A stretch of 64,000 nt of DNA from an uncultured Actinomycetota bacterium (GTDB lineage Bacteria; Actinomycetota; Actinomycetes; Propionibacteriales; Nocardioidaceae). Positions 52,445 through 63,304 of this stretch are shown piece after piece. Under the pieces are notes generated by a model. That model worked only from the letters and a program-made list of their open reading frames with translations, had not been told where the DNA came from and did no database searches. A program made the translations under genes and the position numbers. The stretch spans positions 152,842 to 216,841 of the forward strand of contig CAVQLE010000005.1 of assembly GCA_963713305.1 (NCBI GenBank). Direction: 5' to 3'. Position 1 is the first letter of the stretch. Each line of letters starts with the position of its first letter.

Positions 52445-53233
52445 ATGGCGAAAGTCAGGCCGTACCCACGCCAAGTTCTCGGGCGCCGCTTCCGAGCATG
52501 GTCGAAGACCAACCGCATACTGCTGGCTGCCGTCTTCGTTGGCGCTGCCTTGCTCCTTGCGATCGAGACGATGCTGCTGCTCGCGTTCTTCCCGCAGTCC
52601 GACGCGCGCTCCTACATCCTCGGTGCGGTTCACACGTTCGTCATCGGTGCCATGGCGTTCCTGGTGTACTCAGCGTTCCTCGCACACGATCGCGAGGCGA
52701 TCTGGCACGTCCGGGGAGCTTGGGGTGAGGAAAACACCAGCTCTGAGCTCAGCCGAGCAAGGCGAAAGCGAGTCATCTGGGCGTGGGTGGACAACGTGCC
52801 TCTCCAGAGGGGCGACATCGACCACGTGGTCATCACGCGCCGCGGAGGGATCGTCGCGGTTGATTCCAAGTGGCGCCACCACATCGACATCGCCGACCGC
52901 GACGCCATCGTCCGAGACGCCTCCAAAGTGCGCCTCCGCGCAGAAGGCCTCGTCCGGAGCGTGCTCAAGGCAGAGAACGGAAGTCATCGCGCCAAAGTCA
53001 GCGCGTTGAAGGTCACCCCCGTCGTGGTGGTGTGGGGTGCTTCGCAGCATGAGCTCCCCTCGGGCGCGCAGTCCGACGGCATCGCGTTCGTTGGCGGCCG
53101 CCAGTTCGTGTCGTGGTTGCGCGACCTCGATGGGGAGCCCGTGGACAAGGATGCGGCTGCCGATGTCGTGAGGCGGCTCAAGGGATATCGCAAGGAGCTG
53201 AGTCGGCGATATGCATCCCCGGTCCCCGGGTGA
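52445..53233 (+). CDS. NERD (nuclease-related domain) protein with two N-terminal TMs
   Basis: GAWGEENT, DIDHVVI...IVAVDSKW PD-(D/E)xK-like motif; more A/T at third codon positions. Confidence 0.82.
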   Translation: MAKVRPYPRQVLGRRFRAWSKTNRILLAAVFVGAALLLAIETMLLLAFFPQSDARSYILGAVHTFVIGAMAFLVYSAFLAHDREAIWHVRGAWGEENTSSELSRARRKRVIWAWVDNVPLQRGDIDHVVITRRGGIVAVDSKWRHHIDIADRDAIVRDASKVRLRAEGLVRSVLKAENGSHRAKVSALKVTPVVVVWGASQHELPSGAQSDGIAFVGGRQFVSWLRDLDGEPVDKDAAADVVRRLKGYRKELSRRYASPVPG

Positions 53234-53239
53234 GGCCGC

Positions 53240-54583
53240 TCAGACGCTGAACAGCAGCAGCAGCCCGCCCACGGTGTAGACCACCATCAGCGCCAGCATC
53301 GCGAGCTGGCCGGAGACGGTGTGGCGGGGAGGGAGCAGCCGGACCGCCCGGTCATGAGCGGCGATCACGGCGAGGACGTGCCCGCCGAGGACGAAGCCGA
53401 CCTTGAGCGTGGCGAGCAGGGTCGGGCGCGTGGACAGGAAGTAGGTGACCGTCCAGTCGATGGTGCCGAGGTAGTCGGCCTCACCGGTCACCATCGGGTC
53501 GGAGAGGAAGATCAGGTAGGCCTGCCCCGACTCCAGCAGCAGGCTGAGGTAGTGCGCGAGGACGTAGCCGACGCCGATCGGGACGAGCGAGTGCGCCATG
53601 AGGCGCGGCATCTCCCGCCGTCGCTCCCGCGGCAGGCCGGTGCCCACGACCGAGGCCAGCGAGAAGGTGAGCGCCACGAAGAGCACGAACCCGAGCAGCA
53701 CGAGGGTCTCGCGCAGCGTCGGGGGCAGCACGCCCTCGGCACCGGTCTGCTGGATCCAGAAGAACGACCGGCTGAAGCTGTCGTACGCCGTCGAGCCGAG
53801 CAGCACGGCCACCAGGGCGACCAGCCCGCGCTCGGGGACCACCGTGTCGAGGTTCGCCAGCGGGTTGCGGAGCACCACCCGGTTGCGTCCGTCGTCGTCC
53901 TCCCGCCGACCCCACGGCGACAGCTTGGCCACCAGCCCGAACCAGGCCTCGAACGGGTCGGCGCGAGCGAGGAACTTGTCGCCGAACACCGTCGACCCGA
54001 CCAGCATCACCGCGACGTACAGGAGCGACCAGGTGACGACGGTCGAGACGTACTCCGCGGCCGGGTTGACCAGCTCGGTCCAGACGAACGCGAAGAGCCC
54101 GGCGGCAGCCGGCCAGTAGCCCAGCCACGACGGGTAGGTGGCGACGCCCTGGTCCGGTGGACTCCGCGTCAGCCGCGAGAGGGCGAGGTGCAGCGTCCGC
54201 ATCGGCGACAGCAGCGGCCAGATGTTGCCCAGCAGCAGCGAGAGCGGGACCAGCCCGACCCACAGGTAGATGTAGAAGACGCCCAGCGCCGGGTTGGCCG
54301 GCGCGTCCAGGCCGGCCAGGGCGGCCCAGCCGGCGTACGCCGTGACCACCAGCCCGACGAGGCGGACCGCGTTGCGCAGCCACGGGGAGTCGACGAACGC
54401 GGCGACCCAGAGGGGCAGCGGGCGACCGGCCTCGGCGCCCGTCAGCCGTGGTGTCCGCCACGCGAAGATGAGGACGGCGAACGACGCCGCCAGCGCGACA
54501 CCCGCACCGACGACGACGAACGACAGCGGGATCGGGAGATCCGCTGCTCCGCCGATGCCGTGGGCATCGACGGAGCCGTCAAC
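53240..54583 (-). CDS. Multi-TM membrane protein ('fenitrothion hydrolase' FedB-like family); start codon not visible
   Basis: Frame stays open upstream of 54349 to HGIGGAADLPIP; DPFE, GSTAYD, HSLVPIGVGYVLAHY, GHVLAVIAAHD. Confidence 0.8.
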   Translation of the reverse strand, partial: VDGSVDAHGIGGAADLPIPLSFVVVGAGVALAASFAVLIFAWRTPRLTGAEAGRPLPLWVAAFVDSPWLRNAVRLVGLVVTAYAGWAALAGLDAPANPALGVFYIYLWVGLVPLSLLLGNIWPLLSPMRTLHLALSRLTRSPPDQGVATYPSWLGYWPAAAGLFAFVWTELVNPAAEYVSTVVTWSLLYVAVMLVGSTVFGDKFLARADPFEAWFGLVAKLSPWGRREDDDGRNRVVLRNPLANLDTVVPERGLVALVAVLLGSTAYDSFSRSFFWIQQTGAEGVLPPTLRETLVLLGFVLFVALTFSLASVVGTGLPRERRREMPRLMAHSLVPIGVGYVLAHYLSLLLESGQAYLIFLSDPMVTGEADYLGTIDWTVTYFLSTRPTLLATLKVGFVLGGHVLAVIAAHDRAVRLLPPRHTVSGQLAMLALMVVYTVGGLLLLFSV

Positions 54584-54585
54584 GC

Positions 54586-55943
54586 TTACCGGCGCACCTT
54601 CGGGCGCGGCTTGAGGACGAACAGACCACGGTCGATCGAGCTGACTGCCACGAACGACCTGCCCTTGTAGTACGGGTAGTTGCTCCAGGTGCCGCCCTCA
54701 AACGTCGCGGCGTCGTTCTCCGGGTAGAGGTCGAAGTAGCCGACCTCCGACAGCTTGCCCCGGCTGAGGCGAGAGAGGTCGTAGACGCGCAGGCCGGAGG
54801 TGTAGTTGGAGTGGTAGGACCGTCGCGCTTGGTGTAGAGGTTGTGGTCGATCGACGTCGTCTTGTTGGTGAAGACGCCCTGCACGTCCGGGTCGTCGAGG
54901 TCGCGCACGTCCCACACCCGGGTCTTGGTCTTGGTGCCGGTGATGTCTTCGTCGAGCTCGTCGCCGTGGATGTAGTACGACTGCGAGCCGTCGAGCCAGC
55001 CCTGGTGGCTGTAGCCGTCCTTGCCGTAGAACACCCGCGACAGCGCGACCGGGTTGTCCTTGTCGGTGACGTCGACGATCGAGAGCGTGTTCTCGATGTC
55101 CTCGATCGTCGGCCCGACGTACTCCGCGTTGGCGTTGAAGCAGATCTCGCGGCCGGCGTACGTCGCGTCCGGGCCCTCGTAGATCACGCACTGCGTGTCG
55201 TGGATGTAGCCGTGGTCGTCGAAGCAACCGGCGTACGTCGGAGACGCGGGGTCCTTGATGTCGACCATGTGCAGGCCGCCCTGGCACGTGCTGGTGCCGA
55301 CGAGGTAGGCGTAGCCGGTGTCGGTGTTGATGTTCAGGTTGTGCGTGTTGCCGTCACCGCCCACGTCGTAGAGCGCGGTCTCCCGGAACGTCTTGGGGGC
55401 ACCCCTCACGCCACGCAGCTTGCGGAGGTCGAAGACCTGCATCTGGTGGTTCGTCTGCTCGGACACGATGAAGGCGTGGTTGTCGTAGACCTTGATGTCG
55501 CGCCAGAAGTCGCCGCCCCGCTTCGAGTGCGTCTTCAGCGTGCCGATGATGTTGGGCTTCCTGGGCTTGGAGATGTTGACGAACACGGTGCCCTCGGCAC
55601 CACCGATGAGCGCGTAGTGCTTGCCGCTGCGCGGGTCGGTCCAGCCCCAGATGTCGTTGACGAAGCTGAGCCCGAGCTGGGCGCGCGAGACGCGGCTGAG
55701 CATGTCGATGCCGTCGCACGGGAAGTTGCCGGCCATGCCGCGCTTGCACTTCGCGTAGGTCTTGGCCACCCGAGCGACCGGTGCGGTGTCCTCGCCGACG
55801 ATCGCGGCAAACTGCTTCGCCTGCTCCGACCCGGTCGCGTTGTGCACGTTGTTGCGCTCGGGATCACCGCCGTACGACGCTCCGATGCCGACAGCGGCGA
55901 CCAGCGCTGCCACCACGACCGAGACCACCAGACGCACGTTCAT
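54586..55943 (-). CDS. Choice-of-anchor B family secreted protein (frameshift near 54822)
   Basis: NDIWGWTDP, WRDIKVY, HNLNIN, YIHDTQCVIY.GPD, YSHQGW, DELDE, IDHN, GTWSNYPY. Confidence 0.88.
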
Positions 55944-56093
55944 GTTTGCCCACCCTCCGAGACTGCGGGCAGCACGAGGGTTGGGGCTGCCCGGCGGTCC
56001 GGTCACGCTAACCCGTACGCCGACCGCTGTGAACCCCGGGTCGCCCCGAATACCTGCGGCCGACCACATTCTGCGTACACTGGACCTAGTTCC

Positions 56094-56205
56094 GGCGCGT
56101 GCCGGGCGGTACCGAGTCCGGATCCCGGCCTCGACGATCCCCCGAGACGCGCCACACGGGTCCTGACACCAGGGCCGGCGCCGGGGGGTGACTGACTTTC
56201 ACCCG
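56094..56205 (+). other. Candidate structured 5' leader of the helicase gene
   Basis: TACACT -10 at 56076; a three-way junction plus two hairpins foldable by eye. Confidence 0.4.
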
Positions 56206-56251
56206 CGGCGTGGTCGCACGAGGCAGGTCAGAGCAGTAAGGGAGCTGTTGC

Positions 56252-58385
56252 TTGGCTACACAGCGTGACCGTCGCACCAGCGGAAACAGCCGCCGCGATC
56301 GGCGTTCGCCTGCCCGCAGGCGGGACAACGAGGGCCTGATCCCGGTCCTGGCACGGGCGGTGCGCGACATCGGGACCGCGATCGACCGCGGCCAGATGAC
56401 GTCGCGCCAGCACGCCCGCTACCAGGCCGTCGCACTGCTCGCCCGCACCGAGCGCGCCCGGATCCAGGCCGACGACACGATCACCGAGGCGCAGCGCGAC
56501 AACTTCCTGCGCCGCCTCGAAGGCGTGGCGACCAACCTGGCGCGGCTCGCCGCCCGCCAGCCGTCCCTGTTCTCGCTGCTCCAGGAGGACGCCGAGATCG
56601 GCGACGCCACCCGCGAGCTGCAGCGCGAGATGCAGGCGGCCGCCGGGCTCGAGGCCGAGGAGGAGGCCGGCCCCGGTCGCCACCGCCGTACGCACCGAGC
56701 GCAAGGCGGCCCCGAAGTCCGTCGTCGCGGCCCAGCTCGCCAACCCGTTCCTCGCGCCCGACTTCAGCCAGGCCGCACCCCGGACCCAGGGGCGGCTGGT
56801 CGGCTGGGAGCTGATCGGCCCGCTGCTCAACGCCTTCGAGCACCCCACGCCGGGCGCCCCGGCCTGCATGGAGCTCCCCGAGCCGCGGCCGACGCAGGTG
56901 CCGAAGGGCACCGAGCTGATGCCCCACCAGGCGCGCGTGGTCACCGCCGTCGAGGGCGGCCACCGCACCTTCCTGCTCGCCGACGAGCCCGGCCTGGGCA
57001 AGACCGCGCAGGCGCTGCTGGCCGCGCAGGCCGCCAACGCCTACCCGCTGCTCGCCGTCGTCCCCAACGTCGTCAAGACCAACTGGGCGCGCGAGGCGGA
57101 GCTGTGGACCCCCGGCAAGTCGGTGTCGGTCATCCACGGCGACGGCGACACGATCGACGGCTTCGCCGACATCCACGTCGTCAACTACGAGGTCCTCGAC
57201 CGCCACGTCGACTGGATCGGCGAGCACGGCTTCCGCGGCGTGGTCGTCGACGAGGCCCACTACATCAAGAACAAGAAGTCGCAGCGCTCCCAGCAGGTCA
57301 TCGAGGTCTCCCAGCGGGTACGGCGCCGGATGGCGCGGCCGCTGCTGATGGCGCTGACCGGGACGCCGCTGATCAACGACATCGAGGACTTCCGGGCGAT
57401 CTGGGAGTTCCTCGGCTGGATCGAGGAGCGCCGGCCCGGCAACACCCTCATGGCCGCGCTCGAGGAGACCGACCTCACCCCGGCCGACCACGCGTTCTAC
57501 CCCAAGGCGCGCCAGGCCGTCATCGACCTCGGCATCGTCCGCCGCCGCAAGGTCGACGTCGCCGCCGACATCCCGGCCCGCCGCGTCGCCGACCTCCCGG
57601 TCGAGCTCGAGGGCGCCGTCGGCCGCTCCATCGCCGAGGCCGAGCGCCAGCTCGCCCAGCGGCTGGTCGGTCGCTACCGGGCCGCGCTCGAGCACCGCCG
57701 TGCCGGCGCCTCCACCGTCGACGAGGACGGCATCGACCACGAGCTCGTACGCCGCGTCGCCGAGCGCGAGGTCGCCGAGAGCTCCGACGACAACACCACC
57801 GGCGACAACGTCTTCGCGATGGTGCGCAAGATCGGCCGGGCCAAGACGGAGCTCGCTGCCGACTACGCCGCCCAGCTCGCACGCAGCGCCGGCAAGGTCG
57901 TCTTCTTCGCCAAGCACCTCGACGTGATGGACGCCGCCCAGGAGGTCTTCACCAAGCGCGGCATCCAGCACACGGAGATCCGCGGCGGTCAGTCGACCAA
58001 GGTGCGGCAGGCCGCCATCGACTCGTTCGTCAACGACCCCGACGTGTCGATCATCGTCTGCTCGCTGACCGCGGCCGGCGTCGGCATCAACCTCCAGGTC
58101 TCTTCCAACGTCGTCCTCGCCGAGCTCTCCTGGACCAACGCCGAGCAGACCCAGGCCATCGACCGCGTCCACCGGATCGGCCAGCAGATGCCGGTCACCG
58201 CGTGGCGCATCATCGCCGCCCAGACCATCGACGCCAAGATCGCCGAGCTGATCGACGCCAAGGCCGGCCTCGCCGCCCGCGCCCTCGACGGCGCCGACGA
58301 GGACACCTCCTCGATCGACGTCCAGGCCGAGACCCTCGTCGCCATCCTCACCGAGGCGCTGACGGAGGGCGACCGGGTCGCATGA
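56252..58385 (+). CDS. SNF2-type SF2 helicase (frameshift near 56670)
   Basis: LLADEPGLGKT, VVDEAH, ALTGTP, GINLQ, QAIDRVHRIGQ. Confidence 0.94.
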
Positions 58386-58561
58386 CCGGGACGCTCGGCC
58401 TCGTGGTCACCATCGTGGTGATGGTCGGGATCGCCGTCTTCATCCTGCTGTTCGAGCGCAAGCGCGCCCGACAGATCGAGTCCGACCTACGCCACCCCCC
58501 GGAGGACCCAGGGTCTCGACAAGCTCGACCGCCCTCCCCTCCCGACGCACACGACGGTTGA
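58382..58561 (+). CDS. Small single-TM hypothetical protein
   Basis: ATGA overlap with the helicase stop; hydrophobic N-terminal helix then RKR; C-terminus read through a REP-like element. Confidence 0.6.
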   Translation: MTGTLGLVVTIVVMVGIAVFILLFERKRARQIESDLRHPPEDPGSRQARPPSPPDAHDG

Positions 58562-58627
58562 GCTGGTCGAAAGCCTCACCCCCGGTGGTTGAGGTGCGAA
58601 GGCGTGCAACGCCTGAGCCTCGAAACC
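58512..58627. repeat. Cluster of three REP-like elements related to the 45.7 kb array
   Basis: GGTCTCGACAAGCTCGACC (58512-58530) and two inverted GGTTGAG...TCGAAA(G)CC variants (58556-58575, 58587-58627). Confidence 0.75.
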
Positions 58628-58661
58628 CCCGGGCCTCCGACGATCGGTGCCGGGCAGCCTC

Positions 58662-58683
58662 TGTCGGTGGTGCGGCCTAGCCT
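58662..58683 (+). promoter_or_regulatory. RecA-NDp/PafBC-type promoter (TGTCGGTG-N8-TAGCCT)
   Basis: Exact fit to the consensus, 6 nt upstream of ATG 58690. Confidence 0.7.
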
Positions 58684-58689
58684 GTCCGC

Positions 58690-59418
58690 ATGCGATGCTT
58701 CGAAGACGAGGACCTCACCGGCGCAGAGTTCCGCGAGTGCGACCTGAGTAGAGCTCGGATGGTCGGCGTGGTCATGCAGGACGCTGAGATCGACGGCCTG
58801 GTCACCAATCTCGTGGTCAACGGGGTCGAGGTGATGGCGTACGTCGAGGCGGAGCTCGACCGCCGCCACCCGGTGCGGTTGCTGATCCGCTCCGATGAGC
58901 CGGCCGACCTGCGAGAGGCCTGGCGGCAACTGCGGGACGACTGGGCGACGACCACCGAGCGAGTCCGGTCCATGCCCGAGAACAGCGAGCATCGCGGCGT
59001 CGACGGCGAGTGGTCGATGGTCGAAACGCTGCGTCACCTTGTCTTCGTGCACGACTCCTGGTTCCGACGCTGTGTGCTCGGGCTCACCGAGCCGTTCACG
59101 GCCATGGGACTGGGTCCACCGTTCGTCATGGACCAGGAGAACGGGCTCGACCCGTCCGCCCGACCGAGCCTCGACGAGGTGCTCGCCGTGCGCGACCGGC
59201 AGGCGTCGGGGATCGAGACGTGGCTGGCCGCGGTCACGCCTGATCAGCTCGCGCAGACCGCGCCGGCGCCCGACGACGACCGATGGCCCCCGTACGCCAA
59301 GGGACGGACAGTGCGGCAGTGCCTCGGCACCGTGCTCAACGAGGAATGGGCACACCACGGGTTCTGCCAACGCGACCTGGACAAGCTGTCGCGTCAGGAG
59401 TCTTCGCAGGGTTCATGA
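58690..59418 (+). CDS. DinB family protein with N-terminal pentapeptide repeats
   Basis: DLTGAEFRECDLSRARM; EWSMVETLRHL; EEWAHH. Confidence 0.9.
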   Translation: MRCFEDEDLTGAEFRECDLSRARMVGVVMQDAEIDGLVTNLVVNGVEVMAYVEAELDRRHPVRLLIRSDEPADLREAWRQLRDDWATTTERVRSMPENSEHRGVDGEWSMVETLRHLVFVHDSWFRRCVLGLTEPFTAMGLGPPFVMDQENGLDPSARPSLDEVLAVRDRQASGIETWLAAVTPDQLAQTAPAPDDDRWPPYAKGRTVRQCLGTVLNEEWAHHGFCQRDLDKLSRQESSQGS

Positions 59419-59434
59419 GCGAAGCACGGCGTGC

Positions 59435-60256
59435 TCACCGCGAGCCGGCCTCGCTCAGCCGGGCGGAGAGCGGCTCCAGCGTCCGCACCAGCTCGTCGAG
59501 CTCGCTCGCGCTCAGGGCGTCGTACGGCGGCATCGCGAGCCGGTCGGTGAGCGCCTCGACGCGTTCCTTGGCCGCCCGCCCCTCGTCGGTGAGCCAGCCT
59601 TCGTCGTCGATCAGGCCGCGGGCGCGCATCCCGTCGGCGATCGCCTGCAGGGTGGACTTCGGCAGGTGGTGGATGCGACCGAACTTCTCGGCCGGCATGC
59701 CGTCGTAGAGCGCCAGCATCGCGTGCGCCTCCAGCCCGCCGATCCCCTCGGAGAGCAGCGCCGCGACGTGCCCGTCGCCGCGGTGCTCGCGCAGCATGTT
59801 CGCGGTGTGCCACAGCCGGGCGACCGGCTCGTCGGGCAGGTCGACGGTGCGGAGCGCGGCGTACATCGGCCGTCCCTCCGTCGGCGCGCTCCCCGCGGCC
59901 TTGGTCAGCAGGTCCGCCGCCCGGCCCACCCCAGGGCTGTCGGCGAGGTCGCCGAGGATCCGGCGTACGGCGGCCGCGCTCCCCCGCAGCCTCGCTGCCA
60001 GCGCGGCCTCCGGCGTCGTGAACCCCCAGACCTTGGGGATGTGCCGCGCGACCTCGCCGTCGGCGAAGTTGTAGAAGAGCGCGTGCACGACTTCCGCCGG
60101 CACCTGCCCCAGCGGCGCCGCCCGCCCGGCGAAGTAGCCGTCCCAGTAGTTGCGGCACCCCAGCCCCATCAGCTCCTCCGTCGGCTCGTCGGCGAAGAAG
60201 GTGACCAGGCAGATCGGCTCGAGCAGCTCGAACAGGCGACGGCTCACGTAGTCCAC
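59435..60256 (-). CDS. SCO6745-like protein with C-terminal winged helix
   Basis: YFAGRAAPLG, LREHRGDGH, LTDEGR...VEALTD. Confidence 0.85.
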   Translation of the reverse strand: MDYVSRRLFELLEPICLVTFFADEPTEELMGLGCRNYWDGYFAGRAAPLGQVPAEVVHALFYNFADGEVARHIPKVWGFTTPEAALAARLRGSAAAVRRILGDLADSPGVGRAADLLTKAAGSAPTEGRPMYAALRTVDLPDEPVARLWHTANMLREHRGDGHVAALLSEGIGGLEAHAMLALYDGMPAEKFGRIHHLPKSTLQAIADGMRARGLIDDEGWLTDEGRAAKERVEALTDRLAMPPYDALSASELDELVRTLEPLSARLSEAGSR

Positions 60257-60266
60257 GGACAGGACG

Positions 60267-61325
<1,059 letters not shown>

Positions 61326-61326
<1 letters not shown>

Positions 61327-62969
61327 CAGAGGATGATCGGGATGAGCACGGGCAGGAGCAGCAGGATCAGGATCGCGCCGATGATGTCGAAGCTGATCCC
61401 GGACTTGATCATCTTGGTGATCGGCACCGTGCCGGAGCCGTAGACGATCGCGTTCTGCGGCGTCGAGACCGGCAGCATGAAGCCGAACGACGCGGCGAAC
61501 GTCGCCGCCAGCGCAGGTGTCAGTGGATCGACCCCGGCGGCGTTGGCCAGCGGCAGGATGATCGGTACGACGACCGCGGCCGAGGCCGTGTTGGACGTCG
61601 TCTCCGACACCGCGATCGCGAGCACCACCGCGAAGATGGTGATGGCGACGCCGCTGGTGATGCCGAGCGCGTTGTAGCTGCCCTTGCCGATGGTCTCGGC
61701 CAGGCCGGAGTCCTGCAGCAGCGCGCCGAAGATGACGCCGGTGCCGAAGAGCACGATGGTGCCCCAGTCGATCTTGGCCGCGTCGCCCCAGGTCAGCGTG
61801 AACTCGCGCTTCCCCCAGTTGGTGGGGAGCAGGAAGAGCAGGCTGGCGCCGAGGATGGCGACCACGCCCTCGTCGAGCCGGGTCGAGATGGTCGCGTAGA
61901 TCTCGGAGTCGGCGCCGGCGACCAGGGCCACGATGCCGGGGAAGATCCAGAGGCTGACGGTGACGCAGAAGGCGACCAGCGTGTTCTTCTCGGCGCGGGA
62001 GAGCGCGCCCATCCGCTCCCGCTCGGTCTTCACGTACTCCTCGACGCCATTCAGCCGCCGGATCTCGGGCTTGTTGAGCGTCAGCAGGATGATGCAGAGC
62101 GCGACGAACATCAGCGCGCAGACCGGGAACGCCAGCCCCATCCACTGGGCGAACGGGATCGCCTGACCGGTCGACTGCTCGATCAGCTCACGGCCGATCA
62201 GGTTGGGCGGGCTGCCGACCGGCGTCAGCAGGCCGCCGACGCTGGCGCCGTACGCCAGCATCAGCATCAGCGCGAAGCCGACCCGCAGCCGGGTCGGGTC
62301 GAACCCGTCGGTGCCCTCGCCGCTCTCGATGCGCTGCTCCTGGATCAGCTTGGCGATGACGGTGAGGATGCCGAGCGCGGTCGGCAGCAGCATCGCGACG
62401 GTCGCGGTGTTGGAGACGAACGCCGACAGCAGGCAGGTGATCGCGCCGAACGCGATGATCACGCGCATCGTGCTCTTGCCGACCCCGGGGAGCGCGAGGA
62501 TCCGGAACGCGAACCGCTCCGCGAGCCCGTGCTTGAGCATCGACTGCGCCAGGATGAAGGCGCCGATGAAGGTGAAGATCGTGCCGGAGCCGAACGGGGC
62601 GAGTACGGCGTCCGCCCCGTCCTCCCCACCCACGCCGAGCAGGATCAGCACCGCGGCGCCGAGCATGCCGGAGACCGGGATCGGGATCGGCTCGGTGATC
62701 CACGCGATGATCACCCCGCCCAGCACCGCCGCCACGGTGTGCTGCTCCTGCGGGATGTCGAGCGGCAGCAGGAAGATGACGATCGTCGTCAGCGGCGCCA
62801 GGACGAACCCCAGGGTCCTGCGCCTCAGCTCGAACCGCTCCTCGCGCTCCGACAGCTGCTGCTCCGCCACCCCCTTGTACGTCGTCCCCCCGAGCAGCGC
62901 CTGCTCGACGTCGACGCGCTGGCTGCCCCCCTTGGGTGCCGGCCGGTCGCTGGTTCCTGTCGTGGACAT
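61326..62969 (-). CDS. DASS/SLC13 di-/tricarboxylate transporter
   Basis: SNTAT, TPVGSPPN, SETTSNTA, FMLPVSTPQNAI. Confidence 0.94.
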
Positions 62970-63137
62970 ATCGCCTCCGAGTCGGTAGTCCCCGTCCCAG
63001 CACCGTATCCACATTTGCCTTCGCGTCGCCTCACCCGTTGGTCGGTGAGAGGGTGCGGGACTCCGCGCGCACCGTCGGTTCGTTGGCTCGCGCCACGCGC
63101 CCTCGCGGATTCGTGCGCTGATGGCCAGAATGTGCTG

Positions 63138-63287
63138 ATGGCCGACTTCGACGCCGTCTGGGACCGGATCCGACGATGCGCGGGCCAGACCTTCCAGACC
63201 GCGACCGGATCGCCGTTCACCTATCGGGTTCCAGGTGACTACCTCCGTGTGACGCGAGACAGTCGCGAGATCTCAGTCTCAGCCTAA
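63138..63287 (+). pseudogene. Short, possibly truncated hypothetical protein (49 aa)
   Basis: MADFDAVWDRIRRCAGQTFQTATGSPFTY...; ends abruptly next to the lower-GC edge gene. Confidence 0.4.
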
Positions 63288-63304
63288 AGGCCCGCGACCC
63301 GCCA

